DNA of 64,000 nucleotides from the human T2T-CHM13v2.0 reference genome, Homo sapiens: NCBI RefSeq assembly GCF_009914755.1, contig NC_060931.1, one strand, 5' to 3'. The notes under the pieces were generated by a model. The model did not search any database and had not been told where the DNA came from. It worked only from the letters and a program-made list of their open reading frames with translations. Of this stretch, positions 46,001-59,795 are shown in pieces. A program made the position numbers and the translations under genes. Numbering within the stretch: the first letter of the stretch is position 1; every line of letters starts with the position of its first letter.

Positions 46001-47187
46001 TCCTCCAAAGAATAAAGCTCTGGTTTTTGAAGGGAAAGCACTGGGGGAGAAGTAGCCTGAAGGTGTGGGGCAGGTAGCCTGTTAACGGTAAAGGAAGCCC
46101 ACTTTCATATTTCTTTGCTTGATATTAGGCTTCAGAAGCTTTGGTGGGCACTTTATTAGGTAAAAGTTTTCAGTTATACTTATTTTTCATAAGATAATTT
46201 GAATTTCATTTTGAGGTAAAACTTTATTGAAAGCTTTATAGCTGACTAAAAAGGTGCATTAAACTAAATACTTTTTCTTCGTCTACTAGTTTTGTAATTT
46301 TGTTAAAGAAAGGAAGGCTTTGGGTTTGAGTGACTTTGACCCCCTATAAAATCCCATGCTGCTTATTGCTCTTGTTTCTATTATCCAATATAAGCTGTAG
46401 GGTTTCTTTTCCCTCTCCAGGGGCCTCACAATAGACTTATCAAATTGTAATTATCACGGCAAATCATTTTGTTCTGACAAATAAAACCTACATGTTTTAT
46501 TTCATTCCATTTTCTGGAGCTACTTAGTTTAGCCTAAGTTTTCAAAAGTAATCACTAGTCTTTTTGAATCTTGGGAGTATATTTCTTCAGACCCTATAAT
46601 GCACATAGTGTAAAATCATTTAAAGTGATGTTAATTTTTTCTTAGAAATACTATTTCAAATAGTCATGCAGAGAAAAAAAGTGAAAATGACTATTTATAT
46701 CAACTGAGGACCTCAATGAGAGCTGTTAAAGGGTTGAGAAATAGGGAAGTTTAAACAAAGAAACTTGGATTAGTTAGCCAAGAGAAAAGTTTAACTGTAT
46801 CCACAGATCAAGAAAAATAATAATCTATTGTTCTGTATAGCTGTAGAAGACTGAAGAGGAATTCAGTATAAAGTGAACCATAGAAATTATGAAATGTTTA
46901 AGATGTCTCCACCTTGACTTTCACCAACACTTCAGGGAACTTTAAAAAAGGATCAACATACAGGTTAAGGCAAACTGAATAGGTAAAAAGATATGAATTA
47001 TAACAGTTCCTACAAATCATCCTAAGAATCTCCCCTAAAGACTTAAAAATTTCACTCATTCAGAGATATCAAATTCAGAATAACTATATAAGAGATCAAT
47101 TAAACCAATTGGTTTAGTGAAAGTCATAACATTCATCTCCATTTTTAATACAAACCCCCCTAGGAAAACAGCAAACAAAAACAAGGA

Positions 47188-47221
<34 letters not shown>

Positions 47222-47223
47222 GT
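47188..47223. repeat. Interrupted (GT)n microsatellite
   Basis: Direct reading. Confidence 0.95.
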
Positions 47224-47264
47224 CCACTGTGTGAGTCATCCGAATGGAGGCAGAAAATAGATTA

Positions 47265-47635
47265 CGTAGGTTTGAGACCCCCATCACCACGTATCTATTT
47301 TCTTCCTGAGACTGCCTCTCTAACCTGGTAACTTCTGGGAGGTACAACATTGGGCATGCTGTTGCTCTAGTTTTCATCATGCTCTAGTCCTCCCATCATG
47401 CCAGAAGATGCCTCTTCCAAATACTCAAAGTTACTGGGCTTTGCCAGAATGACTGTATACCAGAGCAAAGGCTGACTTGGCTTTCTTAGTGTTCTTTACA
47501 CATGTTTATCCACAAAATGTAGTTGTAAGGCTGGAAAGTTTTTCACTCAACTTGTCTTCCTTCAAGCTCTAATTTCCACTTTAATTCTGTTTTTTTTGTT
47601 GTTGTTGTTGTTGTTTGTTTGGATTTGGGGTACCT
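47265..47635. repeat. Interspersed repeat, copy B (possibly FordPrefect hAT-Tip100)
   Basis: 47356-47590 aligns with 20742-20975; flanks carry tttgagaccccc / ggatttggggtacc motifs. Confidence 0.55.
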
Positions 47636-47919
47636 TGTAGAACTGAGGAGCAAATTGACATAAACTAGATTTTAAAATTAGTAAGGAAAATGTGTGTGTG
47701 TGTGTGTGTATATAAACACATATGTATATACATAGATACTGTGCATTCTGTCCACTTCGTATATTAGAAGCTGCCCCATGAAAATTTGCATATGTATCAT
47801 CATACTTGGTAATCAGCACTAATCATTACTTAATCTGATAATAAGATGGGAATTTGCACCTGAAGGAGTCTTGTTGGGGATTGATTGAAGTCAAATAACT
47901 TGTTAATTATTAGTTATAT

Positions 47920-48670
47920 TAATGCTGAAGGCTGCACATCACATGGAATTCTGGACTTCAGGATGGACATGGTTAATGGGTGTGACCTGGGAACTGTGTC
48001 CTGTGGGAAAGAGTAAGTGCATTTCATTTAGAGTGAATTGAGGGGGAAGAGATAAGGATACACACACATACACATACACACATATATATACAACACACAT
48101 ATGTTAAAAAGTATTAAGTGAATTGAGGCAGAAGTGAGAAAGATACACATATAGATAGTTATACATACATATATAAATATAAACATATATATATATATAC
48201 ACACACATACAACACATATATATTAAATAGTTAAAAGGGTGGCTTACAGATTCTGAATTACAGAATCAAAAGCCATTAACAGTCATCTTCTCTGTTTTCT
48301 TCTAATAGAATACAGCCTGGAAAGCTTGAATTCTAGATTCCTCAGTCTGTTTCAGTTAGGAGAGACCACATGACAGAGCTCTGTATAAGGAGGGTAAGTG
48401 GAATCTCCTGCAAAATACTTATCTCTTCTTCATGCTTAGAGGGCAAAGTAGGGAAATAGGTACCTGGGTCACCAAACCAAATGACAAAATACTACATGCT
48501 GAGAACAGTGGAGTAGAAGATGGAAAGAGTCTCACTGATTGTCTTACTGAGCGGCTGTGCCAGCCCAGAACCTTCTACCATTGGCCTTTGTTGTGTGAAA
48601 CATTTATACCCCTTTCTGTTTAAACCAGGATAGCAGGAATTCAGAGTATTCAATTATTTATAGCTAGGAA
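47920..48670 (+). mobile_element. MaLR internal 3' end plus MLT1J/K-like LTR
   Basis: ggacttcaggatgga...gggaaagagtaagtgcattt; cagttaggagagaccacatgacagagctctg. Confidence 0.5.
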
Positions 48671-48756
48671 TACAACTCTGCTGCAAAAGATTATGCAATA
48701 ACATGATTCAAGGTTAAATAACTTTAAGACCTTGAATAGTCAATGCTATATAGTTA

Positions 48757-49143
48757 CGTCATAGTCTGTTTTCTGTTGCTTTTAACAGAATACCTGCAAC
48801 TAAGTAATTTATTTAAAAAAGGAACTTACTTCTTACAGTTATGGAGGTTGAGAAGTCCAAGGTCAAGGTGCTGAATCTAGTGAGAGCATTCTTGCTGGTG
48901 GAGACGCTCTGCAGAGTCCCAAGGTGATGCAGTGCCTCACATGACAAAGGGGCCAGGAATACTCACATGTCTCTTTCCCCTCTTAGAGTGCCACTTGCAT
49001 GAGAACTCGTTAATCCATTAACTCACGGGGGCAGAGCCCTCATGACTCTATCACCTCTTAAATGCGCTTCCTTTCAATATTTCTACACTCGGGGTTAAAT
49101 TTCATCATGCATTTTGGAAGGGACAAATATTCCAACTATAGCA
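48757..49143 (-). mobile_element. MSTD-like solo LTR
   Basis: tagtctgttttctgttgct...ctctgcagagtccc...ccaactatagca; TSD agtta on both sides. Confidence 0.85.
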
Positions 49144-49274
49144 AGTTACATAAATATTAAAAGTTATATTTTTAAGGCAGATATCTTATAGCCTTCAAAA
49201 ATTTTCCAAGGGTGGATATAGTATTTAAGATAACTCAATGTATTTGACCATGCACCTCCCAATTTCCCCACGTT

Positions 49275-50200
49275 TTTCTTAGAAACCTTATTGAGATACA
49301 ATGTACATTCTATATAATTCACCTATTTAAAGTGTACAGTTCAAGACACTTCTCAAAAGAAGACATATGGCCAACAAGCATATAAAAAATGCTCAGCATC
49401 ACTAACCATTAGAGAAATGCAAATCAAAACTGCAATGAGATACCATCCCACACCATTCAGAATGGCTACTATTAAAAAGTTAAAAAATTACAGATGCTGG
49501 CTTGCAGAGAAAAGGGAACACTTAGACACTGCTGGTGGGAATGTAAATTAGTTCAGCCACTATGGAAAGCAGTTTGGAGATTTCTTAAAGAACTGAAAAC
49601 AGAACTATTATTTGACCCAGAAATCCCATTACTGGGCATACAACCCCCAAAATATAAATCATTCTACTATAGAAACACACACATGTGTACATTCATTGCA
49701 GCACTATTCACAATAGCAAACACAGGGAGCCAATCTAAATGCCATCAGCGGTGGACTGGATAAAGAAAATGTGGCACACGTACCACAGAATACTATGCAG
49801 TCATTTAAAAAAAACAAAATTATGTCCTTTGCAGCAACATGGATGAAGCTGGAGGCCATTATACTAAGCTAAACTTTGATTATACATGGACACAAAGACA
49901 GAAACAATAGACACAGTGTCCCACTTGAGAGTGGAAGTTGGGAAGAGGGGGATGGTCAAAAAATACCTATCAGGTAGTATGCTTCCTACCTGGGTGATAA
50001 AAAAATCTGTACACCAAACCCCTGTGGTTCATAATTTACCCATGTAACAACCCATGTGTACCCCTGAACTTAGAATAAAAGTTGGAAAGAAAAAGAAGTA
50101 TTCAGTTCATTGGTTTTTAATATGTTCTGAGTTTCCCAACCATTGCCATCATCTAATTTGAGACCATTTTATTACCCCAAAAAGGAACCCAGTACTTCCC
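49275..50200 (-). mobile_element. L1MB-like 3' end, split by an L1PA insertion
   Basis: ttattgagatacaat...attcacctatttaaagtgtacagttca | cagttcattggttttt...taccccaaaaaggaaccc. Confidence 0.7.
49344..50095 (+). mobile_element. L1PA15/16-like 3' fragment
   Basis: agacacttctcaaaagaagacata ORF2 end; 3'UTR atctgtacaccaaacccc...aataaaagttgg; TSD aagtgtacagttca / aagtattcagttca. Confidence 0.88.
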
Positions 50201-50397
50201 TATTTGCTAAGTATTCTGAAGAAGTAAGTAACATGTAAGGCTTAAATTTTATGCATAAATTCTACTTTTATAAATATATATACTTTATAAAATGAGCATT
50301 GTCTTTCTAGTTGGCAACATGAATTTGGTAGAAATATGATTAAACCAATATCTGAATTTTTACCTTTGGTATCCTCACATCTATTACAAAGTATGAC

Positions 50398-50752
50398 TGA
50401 TATGGTTTGGCTGTGTGTCCCCACCCAAATCTCATCTTTAATTTTAATTTCCATGTGCTGGGGGAGTGGCCTGATTGAAGGTGATTGAGTCATGGGGGCA
50501 GACTTCCTCCTTGCTGTTATTCTGATAGAGTTCTCATGATATTTGGTTGTTTGATAAATGTGTGGTGCTTCCTACTTCTCCGTCTGTCTCTCCCATGCTA
50601 TGTAATATGTGCCTGGCTTCCCCTTCACCTTCTGCCATGATTGTAGGTTTCCTGAGGCCTCCCTAACCATGCAGAACTGTGAGCCAATTAAACCTCTTTA
50701 TAAATTACCCAGTCTCAGGTAGTTCTTTATATTGTAAAAATGGACTAATACA
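50398..50752 (+). mobile_element. MSTA/THE1D-like solo LTR
   Basis: tgatatggtttggctgtgtgtcccc...ggactaataca; TSD atgac/aagac. Confidence 0.9.
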
Positions 50753-51004
50753 AAGACTAAAATTAATCTGGCTGCCACAGATTAGAGAGCTATTATGTGA
50801 AAGATGAGACTGTGATATTTAAGCATTTGCCTATTTGGATATAATTAGATTAGTATTAAGCATAAAGTGAAACCACATTCAAGAAGAAATTCAGATAAGA
50901 GGATGGATGGCCTGTTCAGTTTTTTGTTTTCTCTTAAAAAGTTGCCCCAAACAGAGTTGTGAAGCAAGAGAAAGTTTATTTTGGATTTCCTCTTTTAAGC
51001 TTTA

Positions 51005-51783
51005 CTAGTTAGGATATGGCTACAGCAACAAATGCATCCAGAAATCCAGTGGCTGACACATACAGTCAAGAGAGGGGTAGGCAGTCCAAAGAGGTCACAT
51101 GGCTCTACTTCAGAAAATCACCCAGGACAAATGTCTTCCATTACAGTGCTCTGCCACCACCTTAGGGGACATCCTTGAAGCTGGCAGTCACTGCGTCCCT
51201 TCCCCCATTCATATACTGAAGCCCTAACCCCAAATGGGAATGTATTTGGAGATAAGGCCTACAGGGAAGTCGCAAACTTTCAATGAGGTCATGAGGGTGA
51301 GGCCTTAATCCTATAGGAGTGGTGGCCTTATAAGAAGAGGAAGAGACACAGAGCTCTCTCTTCTCTGTATGTGTAGAGAAGAGGCCATGTGAAGAGAGCA
51401 AAACCAGCAAACCAGCAGGAGAGGCCACAGAAGAAAACAAAATGTGATGGCACCTTGATTTTGGATTTCTAGCCTCTAGAAATGTGAGAAAATAAATTCC
51501 TGTTGTTTTGTTGTTTAAGCCACCCAGTCTGTGGTATTTTGTTATGGCAGTCCTTGCAGACTAATACATCAGATTGCCAGCACTGTGCCCTTTTTCTTGC
51601 ACACAAGAAGGAGAAAGACGTGCTGGAGGATAAGCAGCTTCCTTTAAGGGGATGATTTAGAATTTGCAAATATCATCTCTGCCTACCTCACCTTGGCCAG
51701 AATTTAGACATATGGTCACACTTAACAACAAAGAAAGAAAATATAAAGCTAGAAAATATCTAGCAAGTTGGATTGTTTTTGCT

Positions 51784-51790
<7 letters not shown>
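51005..51790 (-). mobile_element. Old MLT1J/K-like LTR, interrupted by MLT1A
   Basis: gaaatccagtggctgacaca; ccttggccagaatttagacatatggtcacactta. Confidence 0.55.
51190..51568 (+). mobile_element. MLT1A/A0-like LTR
   Basis: cattcatatactgaagccctaacccc...tttaagccacccagtctgtggtattttgttatggcag...gactaataca. Confidence 0.88.
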
Positions 51791-51826
<36 letters not shown>

Positions 51827-51834
51827 CGCACGCG
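51789..51834. repeat. (TG)15(CG)5 compound microsatellite
   Basis: Direct reading. Confidence 0.97.
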
Positions 51835-53316
51835 AGTAATGAAAAGACTAAAGGGGGAAATGAATACTGGGGTCTTAGTACTCTCTGAAACAAGCTCTCT
51901 TCTCAGTTTTAGCATCTCCTTTCAAGTGCCTTTTGTTTACTCAATAGTTTCCCAATAAAGGACTGTAGATTTGGCCTGTTGGCAGTACCCTATTCCCTAT
52001 ATTTTGATACTTGATTCAAATCTTTAAAGGTTTTTGCAATCCTGTTTTTTCTCTATGTTCTTAGTGAATGCTGATCTTACTAATTTATACTGGAATAATA
52101 ATGGACGATAAGCTAGTGGCCAGTGAGTAACATTACCTTGGATTCTTATTATTTTTTTACCCAACTGTCCCTTTCCCCCTCCCATTTACTTTTTGAGGGA
52201 GTTTTTTCCCACACATTTATATCTATCTCTGCATTAAAAAAGACTCCATAATATCAAAATATTGTCTAGAGATAGCAAAGAATTGCATGATGCAAAGAGT
52301 TATAAGGAAACCCAGCTATACTAATGCCTGTGTGTGATATCTCTTTAGTCAAGAAAGATATATTGGCTTAGCACTACACTATGCTATATCCCCCTATGAT
52401 GGGGATACAAAGAGCCATGAAAAAGATGGAATTGGCCCCTATCCTCATGGTGCCTAGAGATTAGTGAGTTAATAATAATGGAATAGTTTGTGCCTCCATT
52501 TGCAAGCAGAAAAATTAACTCCTGTTTCTAGCAGATTCTGCTGATGAGAAGGCAGGAAGATAACTCAGAACCTTAGAATAAATGCATAGGCTTTCTCTAT
52601 CAGTGCCTACATTCCTCCCCATTGAAGGCTGCATTTTACATACTGTCAGTGACTGTACCAGGATCCAGTGGAACTATGTGTGAACTGCTGATTCATTGGC
52701 AACATAGCTGTGATCTCAGACACCCTCAGACTGTGCTGGCTCCCTGCCCATCTGCCAATACTTTGTGATTCTTTTGTAGTCACTCAACTCCTAGTGGACA
52801 AGTGAAATCAACTAGCACAGAGCAGATGGGAAAGAGAAGGGGATTTTTCAAACTGATAATCTTTAATTAAAAGCATAACACTCTCTGGGTTCATGTCTCA
52901 GGAACACATAACATATAAAGTATTTTTATAATGAAATTCAGCTGGTACTTTCTTTCTCTAATGGGTCTTCTTGGATAGAAGCCAAATGGATTAAAGTTGT
53001 ACCAAATTTGATCATTACCAGGAGGTATTATCATTAAGCTTTAATATATACAATTCAGCTTATGCATTTCTACCAAGAGAGCCAAAATTAATTTAATTTT
53101 ATGAGGGTCAAGGGACAATTTTAAGGGGTTTTGGGGGGGCCTAGGATTGGGTTTTCTTCTGTATCATCATGTATGTTATCAGTGATGGTATAGAAGTTTC
53201 TGGGTCCAGTGGGATGAGGAGCAGTAGGGGATTCCATGGTGACGGAATTGGTGAGGGCAGAGAACAACTGAATTGAACATAATCTCATGATAGCCACTCT
53301 GACAACAGCATAGTCC

Positions 53317-53636
53317 AGTGATCAGCAAACTTTCTGTAAATGGCCAGCCATTACTATCTGGCTATTTTCGGATTTGTGGGCCACGAGGTTCCTTTTACAA
53401 CTACTCAACCCTGATGTTGTAACAAGAAAATAGCCGCAGGCAAAATGCAAATGAAAAGATGTGGATGTGTGCCAATAAAATTTATAGATAAGGGAATTTG
53501 AATTTTATGTAATTTTACTATGTCATGAAATATTATTCCTCCCTTGATTTTTTCCCCAACCATTTAGAAATGTAAAAACTATCTTTGCTTACAGGGTATA
53601 AGTAAACAGATGGGCAGGCTAGATTGCTGACTCCTG
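53317..53636 (+). mobile_element. MER58B-like hAT MITE
   Basis: cagtgatcagcaaactttctgtaaa...ttgaattttatgtaatttt...ttgctgactcctg. Confidence 0.85.
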
Positions 53637-53649
53637 GACGGGCGGCTTC

Positions 53650-53770
53650 TTTCATTCGACAGGGAGTTACTGAGTGACTTCTATGTGCCAAGCATGGTTC
53701 TCAGTGTTGAGAGCTCAGCAGTGAACAAATAGTTAAAAAGTTCCTGCCCACATAGAGCTTCCATTCTAGA
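53650..53770 (-). mobile_element. L2a 3' end
   Basis: ttactgagtgacttctatgtgccaagc...cagcagtgaacaa...gagcttccattctag. Confidence 0.75.
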
Positions 53771-56061
53771 ATTGTCTGCTGTCATTGCTTATCACTCAAA
53801 AGTCACTATCATGATGACTCTTTATAAATGGACAGACCTGTTACAAAATCTCATGTGCACATACCTGTTGAGCCCCAAGTAAATGAAGTTTCTGCAGTTT
53901 CAGTTGCAAGCATTCTGTTTGTACATACCTTTATTATAACCTTTCTCACATCATATTATATCTTCTCATTTATTCCTCATCCCTAGCACGCTAGTTGGCA
54001 CAGAAAAGGCATTTATGATAACTGAGTAATATCTAATAATATGTAATATTATTTAACTTAATATTTAAGAATTATATATTTAATAATAATGGACTAATAA
54101 TTGGATCTAAGATGCTGTTATCATTATTTATGTACTAAAGAAAAAATATTGCCAATTAACTCTGAGATGGTTATCACTGCATCTTACATTTCAGAGATGC
54201 TAAAGTATGAAAAAATAAATGTGAGACTTAGACTCTATGAAATGTGGTAAATGTTTCCCGAATAAATGGCATCTCTATTCCCATCGATTCTGAAAATGTA
54301 TAATGCTAATTTATAATGAGGCACAGGAAAAGTCAAAAACACAAATAAGGGCTGCGTGAGTAATGTCACAGGAGAATGTGCCTGACTGCCTCCCCGTGAT
54401 TCTGCTGCAGTTGTGTACTGGAGATATTTGCTAAAAGGCCTTGCTTGCTTTCTGAAAGGCACCAGGGCTGCCTCTCTCACAGCCTTACCTCCTTCTTGCC
54501 AGTCTGGTGGTGAGTGATGCAGAAACATTTTAATTAATGGTGAACTTCTCAAAGTTGAAGTGCAAACAATTACAGCTCAATTTTACTTTTGGCCTCATTT
54601 TCATCATTTCCATTCTCTCCTCCCTCCCCATTAGATGACTCTGTTTCACAGTCTGTAAGCTGGCTAATGGCTCTGCTTGTGAAGGAGAGGACGTTGTTTC
54701 TCCCACAATTAAAAGCAGCAAAGAGACAAAGACAGAATTCTCATGCTAAACGCCTCTAGATGAGTCCTTCTGAAAGGCAGATAGTCACCCTTCCCTAGCT
54801 AGAAAATAGAATTTTTTTTTTCTAGAAAGGATCATGTCTGCTCCATAACAACTGTTTGCACATGAGATTCAAAGAAAGTTCATAGTACATATCACAAGTA
54901 CATCTGATATGTAAGTGAAGTGATCTGTAGCACTGTTAATTAGACCTAAATTCTTGGTTTACTATTTATAAAACAAAATTGATTATTACTTCATCAACAA
55001 CATTTAAAGCATCATTAAGAGAGGTCTGATCCAGCAGCCTCAGGTTAAATTTTTTAACAAGCACTTTAGTTGCTAATCTGTGTTATTGCCAACATATGTA
55101 AACTTCCTAATGCTAATTGCATTCAGCTGTGAATCAAACAATGTCTAATTCTCTTCAGGATTAATTATGCACATGTGCTGCCTGCATTCCTAAACATGGT
55201 TCTCATAAATAATAAGAGATATATCTAAGCAGATGGGATTTTCCATCTAAATGATCTGTTTATCATGAATAAAACAAACGACACATACTAGACTTCAAGT
55301 GCACAGTCACTGCAACTTCACATATTTTTAGCATTAATAATTACCCCAACAATTGTTTGTGTGGATACATTTTTGAACAATTGAGCAGCAAGCCATGTTT
55401 GCTCACATGCTATATTTATCTCTCACAACATGTTTTTTAAAATTTGAACTGAGAATCAGGAACAGTGTAGTTTATTTCATGCACTTACTGGGTAAAGATA
55501 ATTGTACACCATAAAGATTAAAACCCTACAGTTCCCAGGGAGTTCTGTTTAAATGGACTTTGTAATTAAGCTGATAAAAGGTTATATAGTCTTCCCACTC
55601 CCATAGAACAGAATATGTTGGGGGACATCTTTTCTAGCATTGCAGGATGAGAGTTTTAGAATCATTTCAATAGTTGAATTCAACAATCATTTAATTCAAT
55701 TATTCATTCCTGCAACAAAGATAATTTTGAAAGAAAATGGACATGTAAGGCAACAACAAAAACACCAAAAATCAAAAACCTTAGAAAATGTATAGAATTA
55801 AGTTAACAATGTATTTTATTTTATGGGATTATAGAGTTTTGTTCATTTGTATAGTATGTATGAATCAAAATTGAATTGAGATGCCTTGGCATTCCAGATA
55901 AAATTAGAATAACATTTTTTAAAGAAAGAGATTCATAACAGCTTCTTTAGAAAGGTTGAAAGGACAGAGATTTGGAATAGCATATGTCTCTCCAACTGTA
56001 CTAGGCTCAGAACAGTAGTCACTTCCCCAAAATAATGCCAGAACAAGACAGAGATCTAGGA

Positions 56062-56430
56062 TTGCACTGTCCAATATGGGCACCACTGGCCATTTTCGAC
56101 TATTGAGTACTTGAGATGTGGCTAGCCTGAACTGAGATGGTTTTAAAAGACTGAGAACAAAAAGAATATAAAATATTATTTGTAATAACTTTTGTATATT
56201 GAAAGATACTGTTTTTAATGTATTGGGTTAAATAAAATAAATCATTGAAATAAATTTAACCTATTTATTTTCACTTTAGCAATGTCGGGGGGTCTAGCAA
56301 ATTTAAAATTACATATGTAGCTGGCCTCATATTTGTATTAGACAATGCTGGTCTAGAGTGGGGCACAGACATATGTATTTTTAAAGTTCTGTACGTGAAT
56401 CTGATGCATGTCAGATTGGATACCACTGCC
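56062..56430. mobile_element. MER33-like hAT MITE (to 56350) abutting a MER5-like fragment
   Basis: gcactgtccaata...gtacttgagatgtggctag...tattagacaatgctg; nTCTAG-type flanks; tgaatctgatgca...accactg. Confidence 0.75.
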
Positions 56431-56459
56431 CTAGAACTTAAGGAAGAGAGTAAACAGAC

Positions 56460-57375
56460 GATTCATCACTTTATAATTGGAGACTTGGGCTATGTAGATC
56501 AAATCAGAAAACATGTCTGAGACTCAGAGCAGTCACATAACTTGTCCAAAGCCACATAGCCACAGTAAGTACCACACAGTAAGTCACAGCGTCACAGTTG
56601 GTTTTCTGTGATTCCATAGCTCATGGTTTTCCTCTGCATAATACTGCCTTCTGGAAATACAAATGGAAAAAGAATGAGCAATATAGGTGCAGGATCAGAG
56701 GCACAAAATGACAGTAGAGTCAGATGAAAACAGTTTCTCAGAGGAGAAAAGTATTATTTAAGTACCATCTATTTGACAGTCTTGATGCTAGATGCTTTCA
56801 TATATGTTATTTTATTCCAGTTTCACTTAGCTCACGGCAAACATTTTCTTATGACAACCCATAGACAAAGTTGTTGAGACAACATTTATCTCTCACATTT
56901 TTTGCTCCTTTGACTATTTCTTTTTCCTTCCAATACTCAATAGTAACCCTACTGCTTTCTCACCTCCTCTCTCTTTGTATTTTTAAAATACTGTAGTGAC
57001 CAAAATGTATCAGTTTTGTCCATGACCCTTTTTTGCTGGGTTTTGCTAGGTAGCTAATTCCAGTAATTCCATATATTTGCTAATTTAGCAAATAATTGAT
57101 AAATTATTTAATCTACAGCACTAAAGATAATATCTATATATAAACTTAGAATGCAAAAAGACCCGAGTTTGAATCCTGTATCTACTACCTAACAGTAGTG
57201 TAAACTTACAATTCATAGTAACTTACAAGTTATTTTACTTCATGATGTTTATTTTCGTTTCCTCTATCATAGAGATAACACCATCTCCCTTACAGGTTAT
57301 TGTGAGGTCTGCTACAGATCTTCACAGTTCCTTGGTGTGACCTGTACCAGGTGCTCAGCCAATGTTAGTTCTTTC
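56460..57375. mobile_element. Cluster of MIR fragments
   Basis: tgagactcagag...aacttgtccaaagccacatagc (about 56520); gacccgagtttgaatcc...caggttattgtgagg (57160-57307). Confidence 0.65.
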
Positions 57376-57550
57376 CATTTTTCTTTTTTCTTCCCTAACA
57401 TATTATTCACCTTTTAGCATTCGCATGCAGAGCATTAACAAAAAGGGGATATATGGGTCTTTCAGTGGGAGGTAGGATGAGCTAAAGGAGACTTTTCTGT
57501 TACCTCACTATCTCACTAAACTCCATAGTTTCCTTTGGTCTGTACAAAAC

Positions 57551-59795
57551 TGATATGGTTTGGCTGTGTCCCCACCCAAATCTCATCTTGAATTTCAGTG
57601 TATTAGGGGAGGGACGCAGTGGAAGGTATTGAATTATGAAAGCAGGTCTTTCCTGTGCTGTTCTTGTGATAGCGAATAAGTCTCATGAGATCTGACAGTA
57701 TTATAAGGGGGAGTTTCCCTGCCCAATCTCTCTCTTTACCTGCCGCCATCGATGCAAGATGTAACTTGCTCCTCCCTGCCTTCTGCCATGATTGTGAGGC
57801 CTCCTCAGCCATGTGGAAGTGTAAGTCATTAAACCTCTTTCTTTTGTAAATTGCCCAGTCTTTGGTATGTCTTCATCAGCAATGTGAAAACAGACTAATA
57901 TAGTAAATTGGTACCCGTAGAGTGGGGCATTGCTGAAAAGTTACCTGAAAATGTAGAATTGACTTTGGAACTGGGTAAGAGGTAGGAGCAGCTTGGAAGG
58001 CGCAGAAGACAGGACAATGTGGGAAAGTTTGGAACTTCCCAGAGACTTGTTGAATGGCTTTGACCAAAAGCCTGGTAGTGATATGGACAGTAAAGTCCAG
58101 GCTGACATGGTCTCAAATGGAGATGAGGAACTACTTGGAAACCAGACAAAAGGTGACACTTGTTATGTTTTAGCAAAGAGAGCATTTTGCCCCTGCCATA
58201 GAGATTTGTGGAACTGAACTTCAGAGAGATGATTTAGGGTATCTAGTGGAAGAAATATATATGCAGCAAAGTGACTTGGGTGCTGTTAATGACATTCAGT
58301 TTTATAAAGGAAGCCAAGTTTAAAAGTTCAGAAAATTTGCAGCCTGACAATGTGATAGAAAAGAAAAACCCGTTTTCTGAAGAGAATTTCAAGCCGGCTG
58401 CAGAAATTTACATAAGTAATGAGGAGCCAAATGTTAATCACCAAGACAATGGAGAAAGTATCTCCAGGGCATGTCAGAAGTCTTCAAGGCAGCTTCTCCC
58501 ATCATAGGAGCTGAGCTCTAGGAGAAAAAGTGGTTTCGTGGGCCAGGTCCAGGGTCCCCACGCCGTGTGCAGCCTAGGGACTTGGTGCCCTGCATCTCAG
58601 CAGCTCCAGTCGTGGCTGAAAGGGGCCAATGTAGACCTTGGGTCATGGCTTCAGAGGATGCAAGCCCCAAGTCTTGGCAACTTCCACGTGGTGTTGAGCC
58701 TGCAAGTACACAGAAGTAAAGAACTGGGGTTTAGAAACCTCTGCCTAGATTTCAGAGGATGTATGGAAATGCCTGGATGTCCAGGCAGTAATTTGCTGCA
58801 GGGGCAGGGCTCTCATGAGAAACCTGTACTAGGGCAGTACAGAAGGGAAATGTGGGGTCAGAGCCCCACACAGAGTCTCTACTGGGACACCACCCAGTGG
58901 AGCTGTGAGAAGTGGGCCTCTATTCTCCAGACCCCAGAACAGTAGATCCACTGACAGCTTGCACTGTGCACCTGGAAAAGCTACAGACACTCAATGCCAG
59001 CCTGTTAAAGCAGCGGGGAGGGAGGCTGTACCCTGCAAAGCCACAGGGGTGCAGCTGCCAAAGACCATGGGGTCCCACCTCTTGCTTCAATGTGACCTGG
59101 ATGTGAGATAGGGGAGTCAAAGGAGATCATTTTGGAGCTTTAAGATTTGACTGCCCCGCTGGATTTTGGACTTGCATGGATGGCCTGTAGCCCTTTTGTT
59201 TTGGCCAATTTCTCCCATCTAGAATGGATGCATTTATCAAATGCCTGTACCCTCATTGTGTCTAGGAAATATCTAGCTTGCTTTTGGTTTTACAGGCTCA
59301 TAGGCAGAAGGAACTTGCCTTGTCTCAAAATGAGATGTTGGACTATGGACTTTTGAATTAATGCTGAAATGGTTTAAGATTTTGGGGGGACTGTTGGGAA
59401 GGCATGATTGGTTTTGAAATCTAAGGACATAAGATTTGGGAGGGGCCAGGGCAGAATAATATGGTTTGGCTGTGTCCCCTCCCAAATCTCATCTTGAATT
59501 CCCATGTGTTGTGGGAGTTACCCAGTGGGAGGTAATTGAATCATGGGTGCAGGTGTTTCCCATGCTCTTGTGAATAAACAAAATCTGACAATATTATAAA
59601 GAGCAGTTTCCCTGCCCAATATTTTTCTTTGCCTGCCACTATCCATTTAAGATGTGACTTGCTCCTCCTTGCCTTCCACCATGATTGTGAGGCCTCCCCA
59701 GCCATGTGGAACTGTACATTATTAAACTTCTTTTTTTTGTAAATAACACAGTCTCGCGTAGGTCTTTATCAGCAGTGTGAAAATGGATTAATACA
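57551..59795 (+). mobile_element. Full-length THE1 (THE1A-like) MaLR provirus: LTR 57551-57902, internal 57903-59456, LTR 59457-59795
   Basis: Two homologous LTRs, THE1-int (gtaaattggtacc...gatttgggaggggccagggcagaa), perfect TSD aaaac at 57546-57550 and 59796-59800. Confidence 0.96.

Noticed and set aside
57076-57094. Palindrome atttgctaa-t-ttagcaaat
   Set aside because: A 9-bp AT-rich arm is plausible by chance in 64 kb.
58271-59356. Overlapping ORFs up to 135 aa
   Set aside because: Broken remnants of the THE1 internal region.
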